64,000 nucleotides of DNA from Akkermansia sp. (GTDB lineage Bacteria > Verrucomicrobiota > Verrucomicrobiia > Verrucomicrobiales > Akkermansiaceae). A model generated the notes under the pieces. The model searched no databases and had not been told where the DNA came from. It saw nothing but the letters and a program-made list of their open reading frames with translations. The stretch lies in contig JAFZHC010000040.1 in assembly GCA_017555025.1 (NCBI GenBank), positions 1,711 to 65,710 of the forward strand, read 5' to 3'. The first letter of the stretch is position 1, and the number at the start of each line of letters is the position of its first letter. The translations under genes and the position numbers were made by a program. Below, piece after piece: positions 18,202-26,911 of the stretch.

Positions 18202-19314
18202 TCAGAGCTGACAATCAGAGGTTAATAAAGGACGAGCCGGTACATGAACGTGGGGTGTATCCAGCGCTGTGATGAAAGTATCGTTGAGCCAGTGCACAAT
18301 AGCGGTTGCCGCGCTGTCTTCATCTTTAATCAGTCGAGCCTCCACCGCGCTGTCGCGGTTGTGTTTGCGGCGTATGGTGCTGATGCTGCGGGTCGTTGCG
18401 TGGGGCGCATCTGCACCGGTGTGCAGCGTCCAGAGGTCGCGTTGGTCGCAGGGAAGCTGTTTATAAATAGTTACGGCATCATCGAGTGTGCTGATGGGGT
18501 TGTCCTGCACCAGATTGACAACGAGCACGGGGGTATTGCGGTCTATGCGGGCTGCACTCTCTACCGGGGCAACATCAAAGCATTCGAACCCCACGCTGCT
18601 GTTCATGCGTAAATCCATGAGCCACAAAGTGGCAAGGGTGAGGGGGGAGTTCGGCATGGTACGCATGAGCGATTCTCGCAGCGAGGCAAAGGCATCGATA
18701 GAGATGAGCCCCTGCAAACGAGGCTCGCCGGCTGCCGCCTGCAACATGAGCCCGGCACCGTAGCCTTGCCCCACACCTACAATGACCGGACTGTCCTTGC
18801 CGCTGCGGCGAATCAGTTCGTTGATGAGCAGGGGAACATCGGCGCTTTCTTTCAGACCATGGGTGCAGTAGGGGCGGCGGTTGTTTGTGCCGCGGGGCTC
18901 CCATAGTACACAGGTGATGCCGGCTGCTGTAAGGGATTCTGCAAGAGGGAGGGAGGAGCGGATGCCATGGTCCCAGTCTACGCAGATGAGGGCGTAGTCA
19001 ATAACGCCCAGTCGGTCGGCTCGGTTGACGGTTAAATCGCCGATAACGGAGAGCTGGCGGGAGGATTCTTCGCCGTCTTTGCTGGCAATGACGGCCAGCA
19101 CGTCTTCGTTGTCCCACCCCTTGAATGTAAATTGTTCCAGTTTGAGCCCGGGTACTTTCTGGGGTACGATGGAGTAGCCGGAATAGGACTTGTTGATAGG
19201 TTGCAGCACCGGCTCGGTCATGCCGGTAATGTAGCTCCACAGGCACAGCCCTGCTATGACCAGTGCCGGCAGCAAGGTCAGCATCAGCAGGCGCATGGGG
19301 CGAAAGATTGACAT
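18202..19314 (-). CDS. Membrane-anchored alpha/beta-hydrolase-fold protein
   Basis: N-terminal TM; LWEPRG.N, G.KESAD and GVGQGYGAG at the nucleophile-elbow position (G-Q-G-Y-G, non-canonical). Confidence 0.6.
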   Translation of the reverse strand: MSIFRPMRLLMLTLLPALVIAGLCLWSYITGMTEPVLQPINKSYSGYSIVPQKVPGLKLEQFTFKGWDNEDVLAVIASKDGEESSRQLSVIGDLTVNRADRLGVIDYALICVDWDHGIRSSLPLAESLTAAGITCVLWEPRGTNNRRPYCTHGLKESADVPLLINELIRRSGKDSPVIVGVGQGYGAGLMLQAAAGEPRLQGLISIDAFASLRESLMRTMPNSPLTLATLWLMDLRMNSSVGFECFDVAPVESAARIDRNTPVLVVNLVQDNPISTLDDAVTIYKQLPCDQRDLWTLHTGADAPHATTRSISTIRRKHNRDSAVEARLIKDEDSAATAIVHWLNDTFITALDTPHVHVPARPLLTSDCQL

Positions 19315-19413
19315 TTGGTACCGCACTCAGTATACCATTTTGCCCTCAGGTCTGCAATGGTAAAAACTGTCAATCTGCAATTTGAGTAGCTGAGAAAATT
19401 TAATGCCCGAGTA

Positions 19414-20388
19414 TCAGCCGCCACAGAGGGAGAGCAGCCAGGCGCAGGTTTCTATGAGACGTTCTCCGCAGGAAAGGAAGTCCTGCCAGTAGCCTCGCAG
19501 GGAGATGAAGTTGAAGAAGCGCAGGATGCCGATGAGAATGAAGATGTTCATAATCACGACAAAGAGCAGGGAGAACATGACGCCGTTTTCGAGCAGGTCG
19601 GGCTGTTCTCTCGGTATTACCCACATGGTCCAGAAGATGTGGAAAGACCACCAGAAACCGCAACCTCCGAAGAACCACGGGTCTACATCGGCGCTGTCGA
19701 AGAAGAGGTAAAATACCGAGGTAACCAGCACCCAGACGATGAGCCAGAGCGGCACAAAGTAAGGTGCCAGAGCAATGATGACGTTGTCCTTGTCTGTCTC
19801 GATGTAGCCACCTTCGATGTCGACGTTGACCACGTCCACGCGCCCCAGAAAGCATAAGGCGGTCAGGGCGTGCGTGAGTTCGTGCCCCAACACATAGGCG
19901 TACACCAGAATGGGTGTACAGAACTTGGCTATGATGAGAGCAATAAAAGTGAATGTTCCTAAGGCTGAGAAGTAGATGGGATCGCTGAGCCAGAATTGGC
20001 TGTTAGCGGTGGTGGCCGGCAGCGCGTGGTAGAGCTGCAAGGCCAGAGCATAAACCATGGTGATGGATAAGGGCAGTAACAGGAGAGCCAGCAATAAGTG
20101 CAGGGCTCGTCGCCACCCGCTGATGGGCGTGATGAGTGGCTCGTCGTCACCGTAGGCATCATCTGCGGTGTAGGTAACATTCACGCTGTGGCGCCATAAC
20201 TCGCCCAGAGAGGTGGAGTTTTCCAACTGCTCCAGACGCAGTTTGGTTTTCTTCCACATGCTCAGCGGTGGGTTGCGGTAGTGCTCGGCCTCTTCCGGGC
20301 GCGAGAGCGCAACGCGCCAGTCCCCATGCTCGGGTGGTGGCGTCGGCCGGTGCAGACCGGAACGAGCTTGCTGGCGTGGCGGAATCAT
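19414..20388 (-). CDS. M50B-like membrane metalloprotease
   Basis: YVLGHELTHAL, IALAPYF..P; ATG 20388 overlaps the recJ TGA (ATGA). Confidence 0.7.
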   Translation of the reverse strand: MIPPRQQARSGLHRPTPPPEHGDWRVALSRPEEAEHYRNPPLSMWKKTKLRLEQLENSTSLGELWRHSVNVTYTADDAYGDDEPLITPISGWRRALHLLLALLLLPLSITMVYALALQLYHALPATTANSQFWLSDPIYFSALGTFTFIALIIAKFCTPILVYAYVLGHELTHALTALCFLGRVDVVNVDIEGGYIETDKDNVIIALAPYFVPLWLIVWVLVTSVFYLFFDSADVDPWFFGGCGFWWSFHIFWTMWVIPREQPDLLENGVMFSLLFVVIMNIFILIGILRFFNFISLRGYWQDFLSCGERLIETCAWLLSLCGG

Positions 20389-22112
20389 ATACTGTGAGGT
20401 GGTTGCGCGGCGGGGCGTATGTCCTGAATGGACATGGACACGGTTGTGCGACCTCGCCACACATTGCGGTCAATGGTGAAGGCGATGTCCCAGGGCGGGT
20501 CAGGCAGGCGCACATGGCCGCCGTTGAAGTACATAGCATCGCATTCGCAGGTGTCCTGCCTGAGGCTGAGTTTCAGGTGGTTGCCGTTCAGGTGCCTTGG
20601 CGCGTCTGTGAGCATGACGTTGCGGCTCATGAAAATGGGCTGGGGATTGGAGTTGCCGAAGGGTTCCAGCAATTCGTAACAATCCAGCAGGTCGAGCGTC
20701 AGTTCATGGAAGGATACCTCGGCATCAATATTAAGGCGGGGTTTAAGCTGTTCTGCTGAGCTGTTGTTGAGCACAAACGCATCGAAAGCTTCGCGGAAGG
20801 AGTCAATCATTTCCTCGCGAATGACCAGACCTGCTGCCATGTCGTGACCGCCGCCGGAGATGAGTGTGTCGGCACAGGCGTGGATGGCCTGCACGAGTGA
20901 GATGCCCGGTACGGAGCGGCCGGAGCCTTTACCCAGCCCGTTTTCATCGAGTGAGATGATGAAGGTGGGTTTGTGGTAACGCCGCATGAGAAGAGAGGCT
21001 ACAATGCCCACCACGCCGGGGTGCCAGGTGCGGGAGCCCAGTACGATGACTCGATCTCGACTGGGTGAGAAGTCCGCGGCTTCGAGCATTTCGGTGGCTT
21101 CGGCACGAATTTTTTCTTCCTCTTGCTGGCGGGCTCGGTTGTGAGCTTCCAGACAATGAGCCAGTTGAACTGCTCGGTCAGAGTCGTGAGTCATGAGCAA
21201 CTCCAGCGCGTCGCGGGGGGAGTCCATACGACCTGCTGCATTGAGGCGAGGCCCAATGCGGAAGGAGACATGGCTGGCGTTCGGCGTGGTGCGCAAACCG
21301 GTTACTTCGTTGATGGCCTGTATGCCGATGTTGCCGCCGCGAGCCATCAGGCGCAGGCCGTGGCGGGTCAGCAGACGGTTTTCGGCTATCAGCGGTACAA
21401 TGTCGGCTACTGTGGCGATGGCTACTACATCCAGGTGCTCCTTCAGGTCGAAGTTTGGCAGTCTGCGTTGCTTAAGCATGGCGTGAGCCAGTTTGAATAC
21501 CACACCCGCGCTGCACAGGTAGGTTAGCGGGCTGTCTTTTTCCAGTTTGGCATTCACTACGGCTACTGCCGGGGGGCGCCCTTGGGTGCCGGCTTCGTGG
21601 TGGTCAAGCACTACGACGTCAATACCTAATGAATTGAGATAACAAACCTCGGCAACTGAGGAGGTGCCGCAGTCTACCGTAATGAGCAGCTGCGGCTTGC
21701 AGCCGCATTTCTCAATAGCGTGGCTGATGCCCACCTCACTCAGGCCGTAGCCTTCTTTGGTGCGCACCGGAATGAAGCAGGTCGGTTGTAGCCCGTAGGC
21801 TGTCAACATGGTATGCAGCAGCGTGACGGAGCTGACTCCGTCCACATCATAATCCCCGTATATGCAGACATGCTCGCCGTGATCTACCGCGCGGAAGATG
21901 CGCTCCACGGCTGCATCCATCTCCCGCATATCAAAAGGGTCCCCTAGGTCGGCTAATCGGGGTCTGAGGAATCGTTCCGCCATTTCCCGGCCGCAGATGC
22001 CCCTTTGGGATAATATTCGCCGAACCAGCAGCGGTAGCTGTCGGTTCAGTTCATCACCATAGTCTACACCTCCGTCCGTCGGGCGTAATTCCCAACTGAA
22101 CTTCGTACTCAT
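20385..22112 (-). CDS. recJ: Single-stranded-DNA-specific exonuclease RecJ
   Basis: GDYDVDG, EGYGL, TVDCG, LDHH, ATVAD.VPL, GPRLNAAGR, KGSGRS, GGHDMAAG, LEPFGNSNP. Confidence 0.96.
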   Translation of the reverse strand: MSTKFSWELRPTDGGVDYGDELNRQLPLLVRRILSQRGICGREMAERFLRPRLADLGDPFDMREMDAAVERIFRAVDHGEHVCIYGDYDVDGVSSVTLLHTMLTAYGLQPTCFIPVRTKEGYGLSEVGISHAIEKCGCKPQLLITVDCGTSSVAEVCYLNSLGIDVVVLDHHEAGTQGRPPAVAVVNAKLEKDSPLTYLCSAGVVFKLAHAMLKQRRLPNFDLKEHLDVVAIATVADIVPLIAENRLLTRHGLRLMARGGNIGIQAINEVTGLRTTPNASHVSFRIGPRLNAAGRMDSPRDALELLMTHDSDRAVQLAHCLEAHNRARQQEEEKIRAEATEMLEAADFSPSRDRVIVLGSRTWHPGVVGIVASLLMRRYHKPTFIISLDENGLGKGSGRSVPGISLVQAIHACADTLISGGGHDMAAGLVIREEMIDSFREAFDAFVLNNSSAEQLKPRLNIDAEVSFHELTLDLLDCYELLEPFGNSNPQPIFMSRNVMLTDAPRHLNGNHLKLSLRQDTCECDAMYFNGGHVRLPDPPWDIAFTIDRNVWRGRTTVSMSIQDIRPAAQPPHSI

Positions 22113-22118
22113 GGCTTA

Positions 22119-22147
22119 AATCTACCATGTTGCGCCTCGGTAGTCAA
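22119..22147 (-). promoter_or_regulatory. recJ promoter (leaderless geometry)
   Basis: TTGACT-17-TAGATT, 6 nt before the ATG. Confidence 0.65.
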
Positions 22148-22271
22148 GTTGTAATCGTGTTAATAGCGACTGAAGATGTTTGGCCGAGGGGCTGATGGGT
22201 CAAAAAGGATACAGGCTCCAAGCTGTTTCGGTGGGGCAGAACGTTTTGGTAGGTGGACAGAGCAGAAAGGA

Positions 22272-22301
22272 GAAGGGCATTGCCTTGCAGCAATGCCCTT
22301 C
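22272..22301 (-). terminator. Hairpin terminator after rplT
   Basis: GAAGGGCATTGC / GCAATGCCCTTC 12-bp stem. Confidence 0.75.
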
Positions 22302-22332
22302 GGGGTTAAATGAGTGTGTTTGGTTCGGTTTC

Positions 22333-22716
22333 TTATGCCTTGAGAGCAGCACCCTCCTTGGCGTCGATTGCCTTCTTGGCCAGTTCGAAAACAGCCTTGA
22401 AAGCCTCGGGGTTGGCGATAGCCAGCTCGGCGAGGGACTTGCGGTCCAGATCAACGTTAGCGGCCTTGAGACCCTCCATGAAACGGGAGTAGGTCAGACC
22501 GAGGGGACGCACAGCGGCGGAGATACGAGCGGTCCACAGACGACGGAATTGACCCTTCCTCTTCTTGCGGTCGCGGTACTCATACTGCCATGCTTTGTAA
22601 ACAGCATCCTTAGCATAACGGAAGAGCTTGCTGCGGAAACCGCGGAAGCCCTTGGCGCGGAGCAGGATGCGCTTGCGGCGGGCGCGAGAAGCCGGCCCAT
22701 TTGTAGCACGTGCCAT
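22333..22716 (-). CDS. rplT: 50S ribosomal protein L20
   Basis: MAR...RARRKRILLRAKGFRG, YRDRKKRKGQFRRLW.ARI, LTYSRFM, DRKSLAELA. Confidence 0.97.
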   Translation of the reverse strand: MARATNGPASRARRKRILLRAKGFRGFRSKLFRYAKDAVYKAWQYEYRDRKKRKGQFRRLWTARISAAVRPLGLTYSRFMEGLKAANVDLDRKSLAELAIANPEAFKAVFELAKKAIDAKEGAALKA

Positions 22717-22866
22717 ATTTTAGTATTTTATGTATTGTGAGCGGACTGTTCTTCCTCACCTCCCTGCAGTCTCGTCCGTTCTATCCTTGGCGAATTCACG
22801 CCAGGCAGGCTGCAGAAAGGCCGCCCGATTTGCGGGCGGAGCTGGCTTGTGGCCATGTTCCTCGGC

Positions 22867-23076
22867 TTAAGCGAAGGGCATGTTCTGCTTAACGGCCCAA
22901 ACCTGGGTGGCGTCCACCAGAGCGGGTTTGCCCAGAGCGCGCTTGCGCTTGCTGGACTTCTTCTGGAGGATGTGACGCTTACCCTGCTTGCGACGCAGAA
23001 CCTTGCCCGTGCCGGTCACCTTGAAACGCTTGGCGACAGCCTTACGTGTCTTGTTGATACCACCTTTGCGGGTCAT
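22867..23076 (-). CDS. rpmI: 50S ribosomal protein L35
   Basis: KTRKAVAKRFKVTGTGKV...GKRHILQKKSSKRKR. Confidence 0.95.
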   Translation of the reverse strand: MTRKGGINKTRKAVAKRFKVTGTGKVLRRKQGKRHILQKKSSKRKRALGKPALVDATQVWAVKQNMPFA

Positions 23077-23341
23077 GGTGCAAGGAGTATACGCCGAAAT
23101 TTTGATTTGGCAAGAAAAATATCAATAATTGTGAGATTTTTTTTGCAACCGCATGGCTGCCGCTGCGAGTGTTGAGCGTCGAACTTTAAACCGGGGCTCG
23201 CGGCCGGTGACTTGTCATCTGATTTCCCTTTATCTCATTTTTCGTTCACCGTAGCGATTTTTCTTGACGCGAGTACTTGTTTTGTGGTAGTCTGTCACCA
23301 ACAAATGGGGTGTACTGTACCCCCAGAGAATTTCTAAAATT

Positions 23342-24835
23342 ATGAAACCTGCAACATTCAACTGCACAGTACTCCGCGACGGTCACCAGTCGCTGGCTGC
23401 CACTCGTATGGCTACCGAGCAGATGCTCGAAATCGCACCCATTCTGGACACCATGGGCTTCTCCGCTCTGGAGACCTGGGGTGGTGCCACCATTGACTCC
23501 GGTCTGCGCTTCCTCGGCGAGCTTCCTTTTGAGCGCCTTGATACCCTGAAGAAGCTGGCTCCCAAGACTCCGCACATGATGCTGCTGCGTGGTCAGAACA
23601 TGGTGGGTTACACCAACTACGCTGATGACGTGGTGGAGGCCTTCGTGAAGACCAGCGCCAAGCACGGCATGAACATCTTCCGTATCTTCGACTGCCTGAA
23701 CGACCCGGAGAACATGCGCACCTCCATCCGCGCTGCCAAGGAGGCCGGCGCTACTGCTCACGGTACAATCTGCTACACCACTTCTCCCGTTCACAACCTC
23801 GAGTATTTTGCCAACCTCGGTAAGAAGATTGCTGAGATGGGCGCTGACGGTATTGTGATTAAGGATATGGCCGGTCTGATTCCCCCGAGCGAGACTGCTG
23901 CTCTGGTAGAGGCTATCAAGAAGAGCACCAACCTGCCGGTGTGGATTCACACGCATGACACCGCCGGTCTGGGTGCCGGTTCCTATGTTGCCGGTATCAA
24001 TGCCGGTGCTGATGCCGTGGACTGCTCCATTGCTCCCTTTGCTAACGGTACTGCTCAGCCTGACTGCATGCGCATGCTGGCTTTGCTGAAGGGCTACGAG
24101 CGTTGCCCCGAGGTGGCCGACGACTTCACCGAGAAGCTCACCAAGATTTCCGGCATGCTTCAGCCTGTCTACGAGAGCCTGAGCCGCTTCACCAGCCACA
24201 AGAATGAGATTGTGGATAGCGCTACGCTGCTTTACCAGGTGCCCGGCGGTATGCTTTCCAACTTCCGCAACCAGCTCAAGGAGCTCAACATCATGGACAA
24301 GTTCGACGAAGTGATGGCTGAGATTCCCGTGGTTCGCAAGGCTCTTGGTTGGATTCCGCTTGTAACGCCCACCTCTCAGATTGTGGGCTCTCAGGCTGCC
24401 TTCAACGTGAAGTTCGGCCGCTGGAAGCAGATTACCCCGCAGACGATGGACGTAGCTCTGGGCTACTATGGCCACACCCCGGCTCCCGTCGACCCCGAGC
24501 TGCAGGCTGAGTGCGCCAAGCGCTCCGGCAAGCAGCCCATTACCTGCCGCCCCGCTGACCTCATCAAGCCCGGCATGCAGGATCTGCGCGACAAGCTTAC
24601 CGCCAAGAACATACCCGCCACCGACGAGAACTGCGTTATCTATGCTATGTTCCCGCAGCAGCTGGAGGACTACTATGCCGGCAAGCGCCCCGAGCCGCCC
24701 ACCGCAAAGAAGGAGGAGAACTACGGTGCTCCCACCGCTCTTTCCACCGTTGGCGTATCCGCCGCCATTTCCGGCCGCGATATGAAGCTCAACATCATGG
24801 GCCGTGTGTACGATGTGCACATTGAGGAGAAGTAA
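23342..24835 (+). CDS. Pyruvate/oxaloacetate carboxyltransferase subunit (OadA / PycB / transcarboxylase 5S-like) lacking a biotinyl domain
   Basis: LRDGHQSL.ATRM, ETWGGAT, IKDMAGL, HTHDTAG, YQVPGGM.SN, PLVTPTSQIVG; ends with no AMKM motif. Confidence 0.9.
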   Translation: MKPATFNCTVLRDGHQSLAATRMATEQMLEIAPILDTMGFSALETWGGATIDSGLRFLGELPFERLDTLKKLAPKTPHMMLLRGQNMVGYTNYADDVVEAFVKTSAKHGMNIFRIFDCLNDPENMRTSIRAAKEAGATAHGTICYTTSPVHNLEYFANLGKKIAEMGADGIVIKDMAGLIPPSETAALVEAIKKSTNLPVWIHTHDTAGLGAGSYVAGINAGADAVDCSIAPFANGTAQPDCMRMLALLKGYERCPEVADDFTEKLTKISGMLQPVYESLSRFTSHKNEIVDSATLLYQVPGGMLSNFRNQLKELNIMDKFDEVMAEIPVVRKALGWIPLVTPTSQIVGSQAAFNVKFGRWKQITPQTMDVALGYYGHTPAPVDPELQAECAKRSGKQPITCRPADLIKPGMQDLRDKLTAKNIPATDENCVIYAMFPQQLEDYYAGKRPEPPTAKKEENYGAPTALSTVGVSAAISGRDMKLNIMGRVYDVHIEEK

Positions 24836-24858
24836 ACTTCCCTTTCATCGCTGATTTT

Positions 24859-24895
24859 CATGCACCTACCGCAGTTTTGCTGTGGTAGGTGCATG
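24859..24895 (+). terminator. Hairpin terminator
   Basis: CATGCACCTACCGCAG / CTGTGGTAGGTGCATG stem. Confidence 0.8.
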
Positions 24896-25020
24896 CGTTT
24901 TAGGTGGGAGAGCCGGCAGAATTCGTTGTCCGCTCTCTCTGTGTAGTACTGCTTTTCTGCTTGAAGGCGGAGCCAAGTTTTGCTAGAGTGTGGGTAGGCG
25001 TTTATAAGTCGATGTCATTT

Positions 25021-26487
25021 ATGAAATACCTTTTGTATTTATTGTCAATTTGTGTGTGTGCCTTTGCGTTGGAACCGGCGGATGTGGCAGTTGTGTATAA
25101 TGCAGACTCTGAGCTGAGTAAGAAAGCCGCTGAGCGCTATAGGGAAGTACGCCGTATACCGGCAGATAACATGTTCCCACTGTATGGTGTAACTCGTAAG
25201 GATATATCGCGGGTGGAGTATGAAAGTATAGTGATGAGCTCATTGCTGGTGCAGGCTCGGCAGCGCGGGTTGATATGGCCCAGCGGGCCTCGTAATGGTA
25301 GAAAACAGTTGAAAGCCATGGTCCTCATGCCCGATTTACCATTGCGTGTGATGAATGATGCACCTCAGGGCGGGCGTAACCATACCGGAGCCGCTCTGGA
25401 TGGCGAGTTGGCTCTGCTGGGAGCACGGTTCCCGACTCAGGGAATGGGGTTTAACGTGCTGTATAAGAAAAAAATGCCCGGCAAAAACGAAAAGCAGCCG
25501 GTCATGAGTGTATGTCGTATTGACGGGCCGGATGAAAAAAGCATTTTCCGCATGATTAATGACCCTGTGCAGGTAGAGCGTAGTGGCGGTTTGCATGGGT
25601 GGGTGGTTGTTGATCAGGGTGGCCCATATAAAGAGGGGGATGACATGATGGCTGCTGTGGCTGATTGTGCTCGCAAGCACCACCGCCCTCTGTTTTATGA
25701 GACGTCCAAATCCACTTTGGCAGATTCTTTTCCGCTCATGCCCCGAACCTCTGTTTATTTTGGCTGGTACACTAATCCTCCCAACGGACCGTTTGCTCAG
25801 AAGGCTCCATCGGAATTTCGTTTCGCCAAGGGTGCCATAGCCAGTCATTTACACTCATTCAGCGCAGTAGGTATCCGAGATACATCGCATTGGGTAGGCG
25901 CCTTGCTGGCCAGGGGGGCTTGCGTGACTGCCGGTAATGTGGCAGAACCATATTTGTCGGCATGTCTGGATTATCAGTTTTTTTATGAGCGCCTGCTGGC
26001 CGGCGACTGCGTGGGGGAGGCCGCGTTGTTGGCGTCTCCCACGGTTTCGTGGCAAACGATAGTGCTGGGTGACCCCTTGTACAGACCTTTCCCCAAAGGC
26101 GTAACCCCCAAAGGGGATAATCCTTATGCTCAGTGGGTGGAGATGCATAAACGAGCTGCAGGTGATCTTACACGCCTGCAAGCTTCGGTCAACGTGAAGA
26201 TGCGTGCCGGGAAGGATGGCGGCGTTTATGCTGAAATGTTTGCCTGGCAATGCCTTGAAGAGAAAGAGTTTGGCAAGGCTGTAGAGTATTTCAGGGTGGC
26301 TCAGGCTTATTATAAGTCAAAGAACGACAAAATTCGTGCTCAGCTGATGATGTTGAGCGCCCTTGCTGCCGATGGAGAACGCGAGGATGCCCTGGAAGGG
26401 GCAGAACAATTATTGAGAGAGAGCACCGGCTCTCCTTATCTGCCGGCGATTACGAAAACCGTCGAGGCTCTTACTCCTCGTAAATAA
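25021..26487 (+). CDS. TIGR03790 family exported protein with a C-terminal TPR-like region
   Basis: Signal peptide; VAVVYN, RIDGP, YFGWY, GAIASHLHSFSA, GACVTAGNVAEPYL, VLGDPLYRPF. Confidence 0.82.
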   Translation: MKYLLYLLSICVCAFALEPADVAVVYNADSELSKKAAERYREVRRIPADNMFPLYGVTRKDISRVEYESIVMSSLLVQARQRGLIWPSGPRNGRKQLKAMVLMPDLPLRVMNDAPQGGRNHTGAALDGELALLGARFPTQGMGFNVLYKKKMPGKNEKQPVMSVCRIDGPDEKSIFRMINDPVQVERSGGLHGWVVVDQGGPYKEGDDMMAAVADCARKHHRPLFYETSKSTLADSFPLMPRTSVYFGWYTNPPNGPFAQKAPSEFRFAKGAIASHLHSFSAVGIRDTSHWVGALLARGACVTAGNVAEPYLSACLDYQFFYERLLAGDCVGEAALLASPTVSWQTIVLGDPLYRPFPKGVTPKGDNPYAQWVEMHKRAAGDLTRLQASVNVKMRAGKDGGVYAEMFAWQCLEEKEFGKAVEYFRVAQAYYKSKNDKIRAQLMMLSALAADGEREDALEGAEQLLRESTGSPYLPAITKTVEALTPRK

Positions 26488-26564
26488 ACCTGCCGCGTTT
26501 GCGGCAGGCGACGGAAAGACCGAACTCGGCAATGGCAGACGCTCATGCGGGCGTCTGCCTTCTT

Positions 26565-26825
26565 TTACTGAACCTGATTTCTCTGCTGAGCCAGAAGCTC
26601 GGTTGCAGAGTCAAAAACAAGTGCTGGATCTGCTCCCTTCTTCTTCAGCTCCTTGAGAATGTCATTCCTCAGAGCAACGGCTGCCTTGAAAGCAGCCGTG
26701 CTGTCGCCATACTGGCGATCAGCAAAGTATTTGACAAACTGTTTGCCCTGCCGTCGCAGCGCCAGACGCCATCCTTGGAAGGCTGTTTTTTTGTATGTGT
26801 AGCGAGAGATGTTTTTTGCTCTCAT
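26565..26825 (-). CDS. Stand-alone AP2-domain-like DNA-binding protein, 86 aa
   Basis: NISRY...GWRL..RRQG..F.KYF.D.QYG...AF.AAV..R pattern; own promoter TTGCAA-17-TACAAC upstream. Confidence 0.7.
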   Translation of the reverse strand: MRAKNISRYTYKKTAFQGWRLALRRQGKQFVKYFADRQYGDSTAAFKAAVALRNDILKELKKKGADPALVFDSATELLAQQRNQVQ

Positions 26826-26911
26826 GATTTCTGAAAAATCTCGTTAACCTGTACGTGTTGTACCACGTTTTCGGTTATATTGCAAGCAAAAAAACAAAAA
26901 AATAACAGAAT

